Below are positions 23,708 to 38,750 of a DNA stretch of 64,000 nt, in pieces. The stretch is taken from the NCBI RefSeq assembly GCF_009914755.1, contig NC_060936.1. One strand, 5' to 3'. This stretch comes from the human T2T-CHM13v2.0 reference genome, Homo sapiens. The notes below the pieces were generated by a model. That model was not told the DNA's origin, ran no database searches, and saw only the letters and a list, made by a program, of their open reading frames with translations. The translations under genes and the position numbers were made by a program. Every line of letters starts with the position of its first letter. Positions within the stretch are counted from its first letter, which is position 1.

Positions 23708-25439
23708 AGTGTCAAAGTCAAATTAGAAAAAAAAAAAGGAGAACAAAAAAAATGTATCAAGAACTTGAAACTGAGGGTCACAGATAGTCAATTTGAATAG
23801 ATGAAACAATGTTGATAATAAACTTAGTATTTGTTAGTAATTATTTTCCGTCATGGATATAAAGAAGCAAAAGAAGTCTGTCTACAAACTTCTTTGTAGT
23901 GAGACAGACGTTCAGAGAAAAACAGAGCAAAGAGACAGATTATTATAGCTAGGAATCCTAATGATTTTCTTTGTCTTGACTCTACTCAAGAGAGGCTCTT
24001 CTGCCCTTCAGTTCCTTGGATAACTCAACATCTATTATTAAATTTCCTATTTCTCTTAAATTCACTCATATTAGTTTCTATTGCTTGCAGTCAGCAGAGT
24101 TTTGATTAAGGCAATGGTACTAATTAATTTTGTAATATTTCTCTATCAAGTGAAATACAATATAGGTTCTAACATGGTATATTGAAGTAGTTTCTCTCAA
24201 AATTAGTGGGCCTTATTGTATTTTCCCTGCGTGTTATCTACTGATAAGAATTATTTTTAAATTGGAATTACTATCACAATATTAGATAAAGGAAGACAGT
24301 GATAAGGAATTTGGATATTTTCCTCTAGATTAAAATATTGAATATCATTAGATTAAGTGAACACCAATTAAAATAAGTTGTTAATTAAGGGGTTTTTTTT
24401 TGCCAAAACAGAAAAAAAAGTAAGGGAATTGTTTTAAGAACTGAGGAAGTGCCAGTTGACCCAGCAACTCTCATCTAGAACTTAAAATGCTAAAATAAAT
24501 TTCATTATCAGTCAGAGAAGAACAAATTATCAAAATGTATAATGATATTCAGAGAGAAATGAAAGACAGACATCTTTAAAAAGTGTTCAAGTGAAAGAAG
24601 CAAAACTAAAATGTTCAAATTCAGAATAAAATTTAAATTACCTCCACCAGAGCAAGTGGAATATAAAAGAAAGTTTCTAAAATCCTTAACATGATTCTTT
24701 CAGGAATATTTCATATCAACTATCTATGTCTTTGCATGTAGCTATAACGTCTCCATAAATTCTCAAATTGGAAAGCAACAATCATAGGAAATAACATTTC
24801 AATCTTTTTTGTACTCTATATACAAGAAAATAATTTGGCTCACATTGTGAAAAAATTAGACAATTGTGGATGAAGGCTGTCAGATAATCCAAACTGTCAG
24901 TTTGGTTTAACATTTCTGAAAAGGGGAAAAACTTTGACCAGAACTGCCAAAAATATGCCAGTCACTTTAGTGCATGCTTGAATAAACATGAAACAATATT
25001 TGTATATGCTGATTAAAGACAAGATTTTGCTATGGATTATAAGATTCCACTCAAAAATGTTTTTTTGTTAGTAGGAAAGCCAGTAATGCTTTTAAACATA
25101 AAACAAGTGCTGAAATCTGTTTCCTAGAAAATGTCACATAAGAGTATGATATTAATCACAAAAGGTTAAGTTTAATGATCTAAAGTAAAACATATATTGC
25201 CTGCCATACGACTGTGGTTTAATAATTTGTCCCCTGCATAATCCTGTAATTTTCAGCAGCAAAACATATTTCTCCAAACATACGCTTTTTAATATTTTTC
25301 TTTTCAATTTACATAAGATACAAAAATTGTGATCTTAAAAATCATTCCTATTCTCCAGTCTCAAGAAGTTTCAAAAATACTAAGCAGACAGAAACATTAG
25401 CAGACTGAGATCCAGTGGTGAGTGGTTCTCTGCAATGAA

Positions 25440-25650
25440 GTAGTATTGATCTATTTCAAAAATAGTTGAGTGTCTACTGGGTGCCAGACGTTATTTTTAA
25501 CTGCTCAGGATTCAGCTGGGAACATGGTAGACCAAGGTCTCTTCCTCAGTAAATGTTATTAACAAGCGAGAAAATATTTAAAACAAACAAGTAAATATGT
25601 GATTAAAGTGCTATGGATAAAAATTAACTAGGATATTATGACAAAAAAAT
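25440..25650 (-). mobile_element. L2 3' relic (MIR relic nearby at ~25870-25960)
   Basis: ttgagtgtctactgggtgccaga; cattttatagatggagaaaatgag. Confidence 0.55.
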
Positions 25651-27975
25651 TGTATACCAATGTTCCTTGTCAAGATTCAAATTGGGTATTCCAACAACTT
25701 TTTTTAACCTTATCTTAGACCTTCAACAATACAGCATTTATTTATCTATAAACACTTTTAGCATGTGAAAATGGTAATTATTTTCCCATACAATGCCATA
25801 GATTACAAATATATTTATTAACATTAGCCTGTTTTTTCCTCAAAATGGACAATAGCAGCATCTTAAAACATTCATTTTATAGATGGAGAAAATGAGCCTC
25901 AGGGAACTTAAATGGCTGGCTCATGTTTATGTGTCCCAGCAGAGACTTGAACCTAGGTGCATTGAAGAAAAGTTTATTGGAATTTGATGATGCTGGCACA
26001 TCACAAATATTATAAAAATGAATATGGCACAGTCCTGACTTGAAAATGTTTCATAGAGAACATGGTTTGCGGTTCTTAATCCCTGGGCAGCAGCAATCAT
26101 GCTGCTTCTAAAAATAACCAAGGAAAAAAAATCTAATTCTCGGAAGACAGGCGACACTAGAAGAAAGTCTGAGTCTTACTGTCAGTCTTTCTTCTGGTTT
26201 GATGACCCTCATCTCCAGAAGCCATCAGAGGTTGGGTACAAAATACTTAGGTCACTTAGCTTCAAATGTAACCACCCCTTCCCTTTTACAAATGTTATCT
26301 AAGGTAAATAGAAGAACCAAAGATTAAGATCGAGAAAGACCATTGGCAGGGACTTGGTTACTTTCCTCATGTGTAACTGACATGCTCACATTTGAAGCCT
26401 GAGGAGTGGTCATCACCAGAATGTACTCAGTATCATGTGCAAAATAGGGGAGGTGACTCTCCTCACCAGTTTAAATGCAATCTGATAAAATGTAGCTTCT
26501 CCGATCATTGATGTGGTGCTAAACGGCTTTGAGAGAATTAGACTTAGCTGGCTAATTGAGAGACAATCCAGTAGATTTCCCTAGAGGTACACCGGATAGA
26601 TTTTCAAAGTAAAGGGTTGCTGAATTCCTGGAGGTATCATCTTTTGAACGAGATTCAAAATGGAAGTGTTCATGTTGGGGCTAAAAGGCCTAATACTGGC
26701 TAATGTCCACAGCAGGACAGAACAATTAGCAAATTTAGGAAACTGCTCTCATTTATGCCTCCGATAATATAGGTAATGTTTGCAAATCAAGTTCTTCCCT
26801 GCTTTAATTAATTCATGTTTATTAATAAATATGAACAGATTAAGTATATTTGACTTTATTGTACACTATATATACATTTGGGAGATCTCCCACATATGTA
26901 TCACTAGAAAAGAACATTGCACATTGCATTAAATAATTTAATCATTAAAATATTAAAACAGAACTAATTATTTATTTTCCTTCCCTATCTTTACCTTCCT
27001 CCCAGGATCATCCAGTGTATATACCCAATTATCTTGGAGACTCTACCTCTACAGTTTTGTTTTGTTTTGTTTTGTTTTTGCACATAATAATTGGGTCAAT
27101 CAAGGTTCAAATAAATGAGAACAAAACCACAGGAATCTCTGTGACATTTATATTCACAATTCCCTCCACGGCTTCCATCCAGTCTTGGCACAGACCAGAC
27201 TCCTGTGTGGTGCCTATTGTGCTTTGCGGAAGTAACCTCGTATGTGCTATTAAGCAGGTAGATAGGGGAGACTAGTTCTTCAGACAGCCCAAATGCAAGC
27301 CTCCTGTGTAAGCACCTGCTCCCCATTCATGACTGATAATGCTCCCAAATACAAATTCAAGCTCACTGGGTAAGGCAAGGAAAACAAGAGGAAAAGGAAG
27401 AGAAAGAGAGAGAGAGAGAACACAGAATGGTGACACTTATGACATTAATTAATCAATTAGGAAAACAGAGCAATTGAAGAAATTGAGCATAATAAGGTCA
27501 AATGTAAAAAGCAGGCCAAAGAAGACAAGTTCAAAGACAAGATGAGAACTTTTAATCTAATTAATATGCTTTTGGTAAATCATAAAATGTATATACTATG
27601 CTAAAACTGACTAAATCATAAGGCTACAAGGGAGTCCAAGAGTGTGTTAGCTTCACTTGTTCTCTGAAAGGTGAATTTCTAAACTTCCCAACTGAATGGT
27701 TCTCTCATATTTTCCTGAAAACCCCTAGGGACAAATGACTTCGTAGCCTCCTGAACAGATTGACATAAAAATTTCATGACGGTAAAACTGATGGTGTTAG
27801 ATATAAAAGAAATGGTTAATTGCTGTGCCATTTTGAAACTTAATTTTTTCTAGTTTTCCAATAAATCATTTTATGAGGTCTATTTTAATTTAGTTTTTTC
27901 ATAGTAAGAGAATTGTAAATATAAAAATTTAAATCAGCTTGTAATAGAAATTTTGGAAAATGCTAGAAATTATGA

Positions 27976-28719
<744 letters not shown>

Positions 28720-28751
28720 GTCAAAATTTGGATTATTTTCTCTGTGTGAAA

Positions 28752-28872
28752 ATATATATGTGTGTGTGTGTGTATATATATATATACATATATATATATA
28801 CACACACACACACATATATATACACACATATATATACACACACACACACAAAAACATACACACATATGCACA
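28752..28872. repeat. Compound (TA)/(TG)/(CA) microsatellite
   Basis: Directly visible. Confidence 0.95.
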
Positions 28873-28902
28873 TAGAAATAAAGTTTTGTATCCTCCTTTT
28901 AT

Positions 28903-29128
28903 TCTTTTTCTTTCTTAGAGACGGGGTCTTGCTCTGTAGCCCAGGCTGGAGTGTATTGGCGCAATCACAGTTCACTGCAGCCTCAAACTTCTGGGTTCAA
29001 GTTACCCTCCCACCTCAGCCTTCTCAGTAGCTAGTACTACAGGCACACACCACCACACCCAGCTAATTTTTTATCTTTTGCAGAGACAAAATCTCTCTGT
29101 TACAAGCATGAGCCACTGGGCTCAGCCT
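28903..29128 (-). mobile_element. AluJ-like, left monomer internally deleted
   Basis: cactgcagcctcaaacttctgggttcaag J-type segment; jumps from aatctctctgt to tacaagcatgagcc. Confidence 0.85.
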
Positions 29129-29224
29129 ACTTTTTAAATTAAACATTACATTATGAACATTTTTAAAGATTTTAAACAGTAACCAAACTAAGATTTTTAA
29201 ATAGTGCTGTAACAATGTAACATA

Positions 29225-29638
29225 TTATAGTGGGTTGAATGGTGGCCCTCCAAAATATGTCTACATGAATCTGTGACCTTATTTGGGAAAAAGAATCTTT
29301 GCAAATGTGATTAAGTTAAGGATCTTAAAATAAGATAATCCTGGATTAGGGTGGGCCTTAAATCCAATGGTACGTGACCTTAGGAGAGTATAGAAGTGGC
29401 AACAGACAGAGAGAAGGTGTTATGAAGATTGAGGCATAGATTGCAGTGATACACCAAAGATTCCAGTGGCCACTAGAAGTTAGGGGGCATGGAACTCATT
29501 CTTCTTCAGAGATTCCAGAAGGAATCAACACTTCGATTCTAGACACTGGCCCACAGAACTGTGACACAATACATTTTTTGTTGTCATAAACCACCCAGAT
29601 TGTGGTAATTTGTTATGACAGCCCTAGGAAAATAATAC
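29225..29638 (+). mobile_element. MLT1C-like MaLR solo LTR
   Basis: tagtgggttgaatggtggccc...gtgaccttatttgg...gccctaggaaaataataca. Confidence 0.85.
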
Positions 29639-29750
29639 ACATGGATAGATCATGATTTACTTAACCATTCCCAGAGGAATTTTTAAGATGAATTTTTTCT
29701 TTTTAAAAAAATTTTGCTATCATTAATGATGTTAAAATTAATATCCTTGA

Positions 29751-30150
29751 CATTCACTCATTCAACAAATATTTATTATAAACACCTACTACATGCTGGA
29801 TACTCTTCCAGAAAATTGGGGAAATGAGACATCTTGGAGCAAGGCAAGGGTTTCAGTCCCTGTTGAGCCTAAATTCAACTGAGGGAAGACATGATAACCA
29901 ATACACATGATAAGTACACAAATTATAAGTATGTTGGAAGATGTACTGTGCTATGGAGTAAAGAAAAAAAAGCAGAATAAGGGAGTATGAGTTGGAAGGA
30001 TTCGATCTGCATTTTAAACAGGCTAGTTAGGGAAGACCTTATCGAATAGGTGACATATGAGTAAAGATAGATGAGAAGACAGTGGGGAGTTAGCCATGTA
30101 GCTATCTGAGGAAGAGCTTCCAGGAAAAAGGGAGAGTCAATGTAAAATGA
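29751..30150 (-). mobile_element. L2a 3' relic inside older L1ME-like sequence
   Basis: cattcactcattcaacaaatatttatt...cacctactacatgctgg. Confidence 0.8.
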
Positions 30151-31126
30151 CAAAGATTATATCTTTAGGATAAATTATCAGAAATGTAATTATCAGGTCA
30201 AAGTGTGTGGATATTTTTTAATCTCTTGATAAATGTCAAGAAATTGTCTGGAAAATTGCATCAAATTAGACACCCTGAAAATGCACCTGAGTTACTGCTT
30301 CCCCAAATTTCAATACTGTACATTATCATTGTTTTTATTAGCCAAATTGAAAGGCAAAAAACATAGATGAAAAACTTCATTATGCAAATTTGCTTATTCT
30401 GGTGAGAATGTATCTAGAAATCATTTTTATTTTTTTCTTTTAAGAAATACCTATACTTGGAAATGCTTGCTTTTTAAAAAATATTGAATTGGGAAACTTT
30501 ATCCTGTGAATCAGAAAAGTTTATTCTGTGATCTGTGTCTTTAATATATTGTATAAATGTCTTTTCCCAGTTTGAAGCTTGTCTTTTAACTGCTTATTTT
30601 TACTTAAAAATATAGAAATATTTTTAAGTTTATATACTAAAATATGTATAACTTTTTGCTTTATAATGCATTTTAGGGTAATACTCTGTTATTTCTTATC
30701 TCCAAGAAAAGATGGATAATCAAATATATTATTTACAATTGTTTTCTAAGCCTGTTTTAAAATGAGTGTATTTTACAAGAATACTACAACTTTTTGCGAA
30801 GTATGACTAGGAATTTAAAAGTTGTTATATTTGTGTTTCCTAGCAAAATTCAAAACTTAAATGCTCATTTTATGTAAAATATTTAAAATGAAAGCATGGA
30901 AAATTCAATAATGATAAGAGTTTAAATATATCATTCTGAATATTTTTTCAAAATTTAATTATTGCTGTACTATGTATAGCATATAGTTGAGAAATTTTAG
31001 TTTTAAAATAAATTTTAAAACCTTTATCAACACATTATTATACCTTTAAATATTCAATTTTATTTATAATATATTGTGTTTCATAAAATAAATTACACAT
31101 CACAATATTATATAAATAAATCTATA

Positions 31127-31626
31127 TAGGCTTATTTCAGAGATACTGTGGGTTCAGTGCCAGATCACCACAATAAAGTATATATGGTAATAAAGTGAGT
31201 CACATGAATCTTTTGGTTTCCCAGTGCATATAAAAATTATGTTTACACTATACTGTAGTCTATTAACTGTGCAAAAGCATTATGTCTAAAAAAACCCAAT
31301 GTATATACCTTAATTTAAATATACTTTATTGCTAAAAAAATGCTAGTGATCATCTGAGCCTTCAGGAAGTCGTAATCTTTTTGTCAGTGGAGAGTCTTGC
31401 CTCGATGTTGATGGCTGCTGGCTAATTAAGGTGGTGGTTGCTAACGGTTGGGATGGCTGTGGCAATTTCTCAAAATAAGACAATAACAATGAAGTTTGCC
31501 TCATCAACCAATTTTTCTCTTCAGAAAAGATTTCTCTGTAGCCTGTAGCATGCAATGCTGTTTGATAGCATTCTACCCACAGTAGAAGCACAATAAAGCG
31601 AAGGGCAATAAAGTGAGGTATGCCTG
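31127..31626 (-). mobile_element. Tigger1 internal-deletion derivative with both termini
   Basis: TA-flanked TIRs (t)aggcttatttc / gaggtatgcctg; transposase C-terminus [37 protein letters not shown] in ORF 31343..31687. Confidence 0.88.
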
Positions 31627-32759
31627 TATATATACACACATACACACACACACAGCAGATAATATATATAGAAAACAAACAGAACAAAATCTAGAACAAA
31701 AATGAAATGGATATATCAAACTCAGAATAATAGACTTACTTTGATAGAGCATTAAATTTAACACTAAGCTTCCTGACTTAAATAATATCTGATACAACAA
31801 AATCAGGTCTACCTCTGCTATCACATAACAAGCAGCCCACAGGGCTTTTGTAACCTTTGCTTGATTGAATTACTGTCACCGAGAAGTTCAGTGAAGCATT
31901 TTCTGCTTCCTAGCAGTCTCCATCATTCTAGTATTTATAAATAGCAAAGAGCAGCAGGCTGCAAACAAAACTTCCATTGGAATAACATATCCAAGATTAG
32001 TTCATTTATAAAGTTCCTGCTAAATAGTCAATCCCCTTTTAGCTGATCATGTTTTCATCCTTTTCTAATTTCCTACACTTGAAGGGGAAAAGCACTTAAA
32101 AATATTTAGAGGTATTATTCATTCAAGGTTTTCTTCTGTTTCTATGTATATTCTTACATTTGAAAACTATGCTCATGTGATCAAATAAGACAAAAGAATA
32201 TATATTTATATATATTTATTAACTATTTTACAGTCTTCTGATTTTTTTCTGACTTTGGTCATAAAAGGTAAGTAGAAATCACATTTACTATACTCATTTC
32301 AATTTTATGTTATCTGCACTGTGTACATAAACTAAATATATGCCAAAAATTTCCCTCCTTCAAAAGGAAATTTAGATTCATTCCTAAATGATTTGACTTT
32401 TGGAGGGCTATAAATATATAGGCACTTTTTGATTATGTATGTGTAAACTTTGACCAATCAAGATATTTGAGTGAATATTTTGAATTCTTAACTTTATTCC
32501 ATTAATCAGTAAAAGAATATATTCTTAAACAATTTGTAATTCCTCACTAGTAAAACAGTGCCTTGAACTCCCTCTGCTGGCCTTATAAGGGTAGTTTAAC
32601 TTTAAAAAGTCATTCACATATTTGTATAATAATCTAGCATCGAAAAACAGAAACACTTTATATGTTGCATAATGACTTCAACTATAATAAAAATTCAAGT
32701 TAAAATATACTTATCCTCTTTTAACCCTAAAAAATACAGCTTATATCATAAAAAGTGAT

Positions 32760-34240
32760 ACTGAAAGGCTATTACTATAATATAAAATCACAATAATCAA
32801 AATAGTCTGAGGCCTGGAACTCCCAGCCTCAAGCAATCCCTCCACCTCAACACTCCAAAGTGCTGGGATGATACACATCATATGTCTGTATCAAAATATC
32901 TCATATACCCCATTACTACATACACCTATATACTCACCAAAATTAAAATTGAAAAAAAAAAAAAAACAGAAGCAGGCACAGGAAAAATTAAAAAAGAAAG
33001 AAAAAGATCAGTGTAAAGAGTAGAGCATCCAAAAGAGTGTGTTAGGAATTTAAGGAATTGTTACAAGCATGACAATTGAATCAAGTTGGGAATTAGGAGT
33101 TTATCAATCAATGTATACTTAAATACTTGGTCATATTTCGAAAATAAAACAAAGATATATATTGACTTCATACTCTAAACCAAAATAAACTCCAGACGGA
33201 ATTTTAAAAATTTAAATATAAACATTAAATTAATATAATCATTGCAACAATATTTTGAAGAATTTCCTATCTTTAGATGGGAAAGTTCTTTCTAAAAAAC
33301 AGGAAGCTTAGCAGTGATAAGGGAAAAATAGTCATATTTATCTACACACATATTTTCATAAAAGGAAAACACCATAAACAACATCAAAGGCAAATGATTG
33401 GGGCAAATATTGCAACAGATATGATAGATAAAGGCATAAATTCCCTACTACACAAAAAGCTTCTATAAATTGGTGAGAAATAGAAAAGGAACTCAATAGA
33501 AAAATAAGCAAAGACTTATGCTAAGGAAATTCACAAAAGAAATCTAAAGAGTCAATAAACATACAAAATCCTGCTTGTCCTCACTAATAGTCAAGGAGAA
33601 TAAAAGTAAAATGCACAGTGAGGATTACAAGTCATTAACGGGATACTTAAGCCTTGGGCTAATTGGCAAAAATTCAAAATATAACAACATCCAGTGCAAG
33701 TTGCTGCAATCATTTAAAAAATATTTCGGCAATATCAATAAATCAAAGACACACACACACACACAGGCACACAACATTTGCTGAAGTAATTTCACTTGGT
33801 GAATATCGCCAATGAAAACAAAGTACCAACACCAAAGGACATGCATCTGGTGACACGTAATGTAATTTGTTTGTAATGGCAAAAAATAGGAAACATTCTA
33901 ATAGTAATCAAATATAAAATACTTGAATACATTTTAGTACATTTTATTATATAATTATTTAAATAAAATATATAATATATACATATTTGTCAGAAAGAAA
34001 TATGTATTGCTAATGATGAATCATTAAGATGAACCATGATAAATAATTTTAAAAAGCAGTCACAACAATATGGCATTTGTATATGATTTTTCATGTTTGG
34101 GTCAGCATAAAAGAAGTTGTGGAAGGAAAGGACTAGGCCCTTTATAGCAGCTATCAATGAGGTAGGAATGGAGAGGGTGGGGGGAAATTTTAATTTTTTT
34201 ATATACATTTTTGAACTTTTTTACTAATTAAAATAGGTAT
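32760..34240 (+). mobile_element. Degenerate old L1M ORF2/3' region, interrupted at 32810-32965 by an Alu/L1MA composite
   Basis: Scattered L1-like segments (gacttcatactctaaaccaaaataaactccaga; actcaatagaaaaataagcaaagac). Confidence 0.5.
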
Positions 34241-34711
34241 TAATATTTTTTATAATTGGACATCTTAATAAAAATTAAAATTCAAAGATAGACAGCTAAA
34301 ATGAGGTATTCCTATATATCTTTCAGGACATAAGGTTTGTTCTGTACATTTTAGGTCATAGGCTCTATCATAATTCCTCTTTATTTTTCGTTTATTACCC
34401 CCAAAAGGTAAAAGAAATGCTAACCTTCCAGCAGTCATGTCCATGAAATTCAGGTGCGGAGAGGAGAGAGGCAGCAGGGGAATTTTCCAGCACTCATACT
34501 TCAGAAAACTCCCCAATGGATGTTGAAAACCACCTCTTCAAAGCCCACCCTGTGCTCAGAGCAACGGCTTTACATATTAGGTAAATGATAAAACGTTCTC
34601 CCCACTTGTTTTCCACAGGTTTCATTAGGGGCTGGCTGTGATCACCTGTGACAGCAATACTGATTCCCAATATAGTTTCAAAATTATGCCAGAAAAGTAG
34701 TGCAATATTTT

Positions 34712-34915
34712 TTTTCCTCAACCTTGGCTGCACCTTAAAATAAATTAGAGAATAAACAAAGAAAAAATATTGTGCTCAAGTTGATTGAATCAAAATCTTG
34801 GAGATAGGCATTGGTTCTCCTGTGCTGTTTTTTGTTTGTTTTTTGTTTTTCGTTTTCTTTTTTTTTTTGAAGCTCTTCAGGTGATTCAAAAGCACAGTGA
34901 GTGTTGGGAAACATT
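34712..34915. mobile_element. MER5-family relic with internal T-rich expansion
   Basis: ctcaaccttggctgcac...gctcttcaggtgattc...ttgggaaaca. Confidence 0.6.
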
Positions 34916-35029
34916 AACAGGGTAAGGGTCTCAAGCCTGGTGCTAAGGTGGTAATTGGAATCTATTTTTTCAAGTTTCTGCCCATTTTGGGAGCAAAGGA
35001 ATTAACTGCTTTTTTATTTCAGACTACCT

Positions 35030-35434
35030 TTTTTTTTAAGGACTATTTGTATAGTGAACAGCGCTGAGAGAGCTGAGAGTAGGTTTGTTTACTGTCTAAT
35101 ATAATAAAGACAATGCCTCCCTCTGGGTCAAAGGTTGGGCAAATCACAAAAGATACAGATTTTCTAAGCTCAGAGTTCCCCTGCTGTGATAAAAACCTAC
35201 TGCATTTATAGCATCCAGCTGGCCTTTATTGAAGAACCCTGTGGGGATCAGGTTTCAGGGGACTGGTGAAAAAAAATGATAATACTCTGGCTACTGCTAT
35301 TGTTGTAAATAGTAAACTGTTCTCTGTCTTTGAGTCAAGAATCTTGTCTCTTCTACCAGTATTCATAAAATGTGGAGGCTAATTTGTTAGCTTGCAAGTT
35401 GGGTAAAATCTCAGACCCTTTGCAGTTTTTGACA
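35030..35434 (+). mobile_element. ERVL-class solo LTR (MER54/MER73/MER74-like)
   Basis: 3' end ggctaatttgttagcttgcaagttgggtaaaatctcagaccctttgcagtttttgaca; family name from memory. Confidence 0.6.
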
Positions 35435-36545
<1,111 letters not shown>

Positions 36546-36779
36546 CTGTTATGTTAGGCCAGTTCAAGATGGCAGGTTGGAGTTAAAGTATAAATTATGT
36601 TCAAAAGGGCTGAACAAAATGAGAAGTCACAGAGTTTGGACATTAAGACAGGGAACATGTGTACATAAATCTGGTTTGCACAGGGTCAGTAAGTTATTTT
36701 TCATTTGTGGTATCAATTAATGGGAATCTGGTTTTATTGTCTGACCATTCCATGTCCTCTTCCATTCTGATATTTTTGG

Positions 36780-38300
36780 TTGTTCTAGTAAATTAACTAC
36801 TGTCATTCGGTCTTATCAACAACTGCTAATTTCTTCTTTTATTTCATGTTTTCTTGAAGGTTCTGTTATGCACTACATGCAAAAGATTGAGTCAGTCTCA
36901 GAGATTTGTTGAAAGGACTGTACCAGGTAATCTTTCCTAAAATAACCTGTAACTGTAACTCATGGTTTCAGGTTTGGGAGTTAATGTGAACATTGCTCAG
37001 ACAACATTTAGACTCCACCAGAGGACTGGATTATGATTTCCAGGAATCATTTTAGTCCAGATGCAAGGTTCAAGAAAACAGATCCAGAAGAACAGAAATT
37101 ACTTACATAGAATCAAATACATTAGTAAAGCATATTTAATTGTGGTTATTTCTTTTGGCATGCTATTGGTATTATTTTTATAAATCTATTTTATGAAGCA
37201 TTTTAAAGGAAATCTTTCCTTTTATGATTAATTTATCTCTAACCCTTAATTCAGTAGATTATAGTTTTGCAATTTGAAATGAAACTTTTTAAAAATGATA
37301 TCTGATTCTCAGAGACCTCTCCAAATTCAGAAACAGATGACTGTACTGAGCCTTTTTATTCATGGCAACACATTTATTTCATAGGTTCAATAAGAATCCA
37401 TCCTTCCTTTTACCGGGACAAATTGACAGTACCACTCAGGTCATATTATAGAATTACACTTGATCATAACTCTCTAGAGCTCATCATTAAAAAGATAAGT
37501 ATTTAAATTCACATATGGAGCAAATACCCAGAGCATCCTCACACCAAACTGGACTGTCACCTGTGATATGACTTAACAAAGTCCCAGTCTTGCAAGTGAT
37601 AAGGAAAGTCACTTCCTAGCCAGGAATCTAAGAATATTTGAGTGATTGCAAAGAGAAAATTCACTCAAATTTATAGGCACTGCAATAAATCTTGTATAAA
37701 AAGACTTTTGTTTTTTGTTTTCTAGACTCAAAATAAAACCGCAAAAAAGAGAAATTTAAAAGTCTAACTCTGTTTTCCTTCTGAAATATTCAGACCATAG
37801 TTAATTTTCTAATAGCAATTTGTTCAACCCTATATGCCCTATGAGGCTTATATTAATTAATACTTCTCAAGGTACGTATGTAAATAATCAGGTTAAAATA
37901 TTATGAAACTAGCCAGCTTTGTGATTTGGAACAACCTTTATAAATTACTTATGATCATTATAAGGGGACACTTAAGAAAAATTATCCAAAATTTGGAAAT
38001 AAGGCAAAGGGAGAGCAGCATATCCTTTTAATGTCAAATTCAAACATTGATCAACTCAAGAAATAGTCCTTTATCTAGGGAAATCAATAATTCTATTGCT
38101 ATGTTTAAAGAATTATCTAATATTGATTAAAGACTCAAACTATGTAATTTTACATGTTAACTTGTGTAACTTTGTCTGGTATTTCCTTTCAGTAGAAAAT
38201 ATAATCCAAGAAATTATGGTTTTATTGCTTTATAGGATATTAACAAGTTTTGTGTCTCACTGGCATGCTCACTCAGTATTATTTTTCCAGTGAGAATATA
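36780..38300 (+). mobile_element. Probable ERV1 MER4-group internal-region relic
   Basis: gtgataaggaaagtcacttcctagccaggaatc...aattcactcaaatttataggca resembles recalled MER4-group internal sequence; no ORF seen. Confidence 0.45.
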
Positions 38301-38460
38301 ATTCCTGTTTATTTGAACCAGCTTAGTCTTCCTGATAGTTATCTCATTAATGAGCTGAATAAATTTTGACAGGTGTTCATCTGCTACTTTATGATAATCA
38401 TATATATACATGTAAATTACATATATACATATATATGTAATCATATATATATATATATAT

Positions 38461-38620
38461 TTAAGAGAAAGAGTCTTAAAATGTTGTCAAGGACCATGCT
38501 GGAGTATAACAGCTATCCACAGGCATGATCATGGTGTGCTACATCCTCAAACTCCTAGGCTTAAGCAGTCCTCCTGCCTCAGTCTCCTGAATAGCTGGAC
38601 TACAGGTGCAGGCCACCATA
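38461..38620 (-). mobile_element. FAM (fossil Alu monomer, 7SL-derived), next to a (TA)n tract at 38400-38460
   Basis: Retains gctggagt...gctatccacaggcatgatcat 7SL-like segment absent from dimeric Alus. Confidence 0.75.
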
Positions 38621-38624
38621 TATG

Positions 38625-38750
38625 CACTTGCATTCAATCTGTCGCAATATGTTGTTTTGGTTGAAGTATTTGAAGACATTCCTGTTTCACACAGATATGT
38701 AGTTGGGGAAATAATAATTATTTTTACAATAGTCTTTTCAGTTAATTAGT
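38625..38750. mobile_element. hAT-Charlie1-like fragment
   Basis: gcattcaatctgtcgcaatatgttgttttggttgaagta...cacacagatatgtagttgg. Confidence 0.6.
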
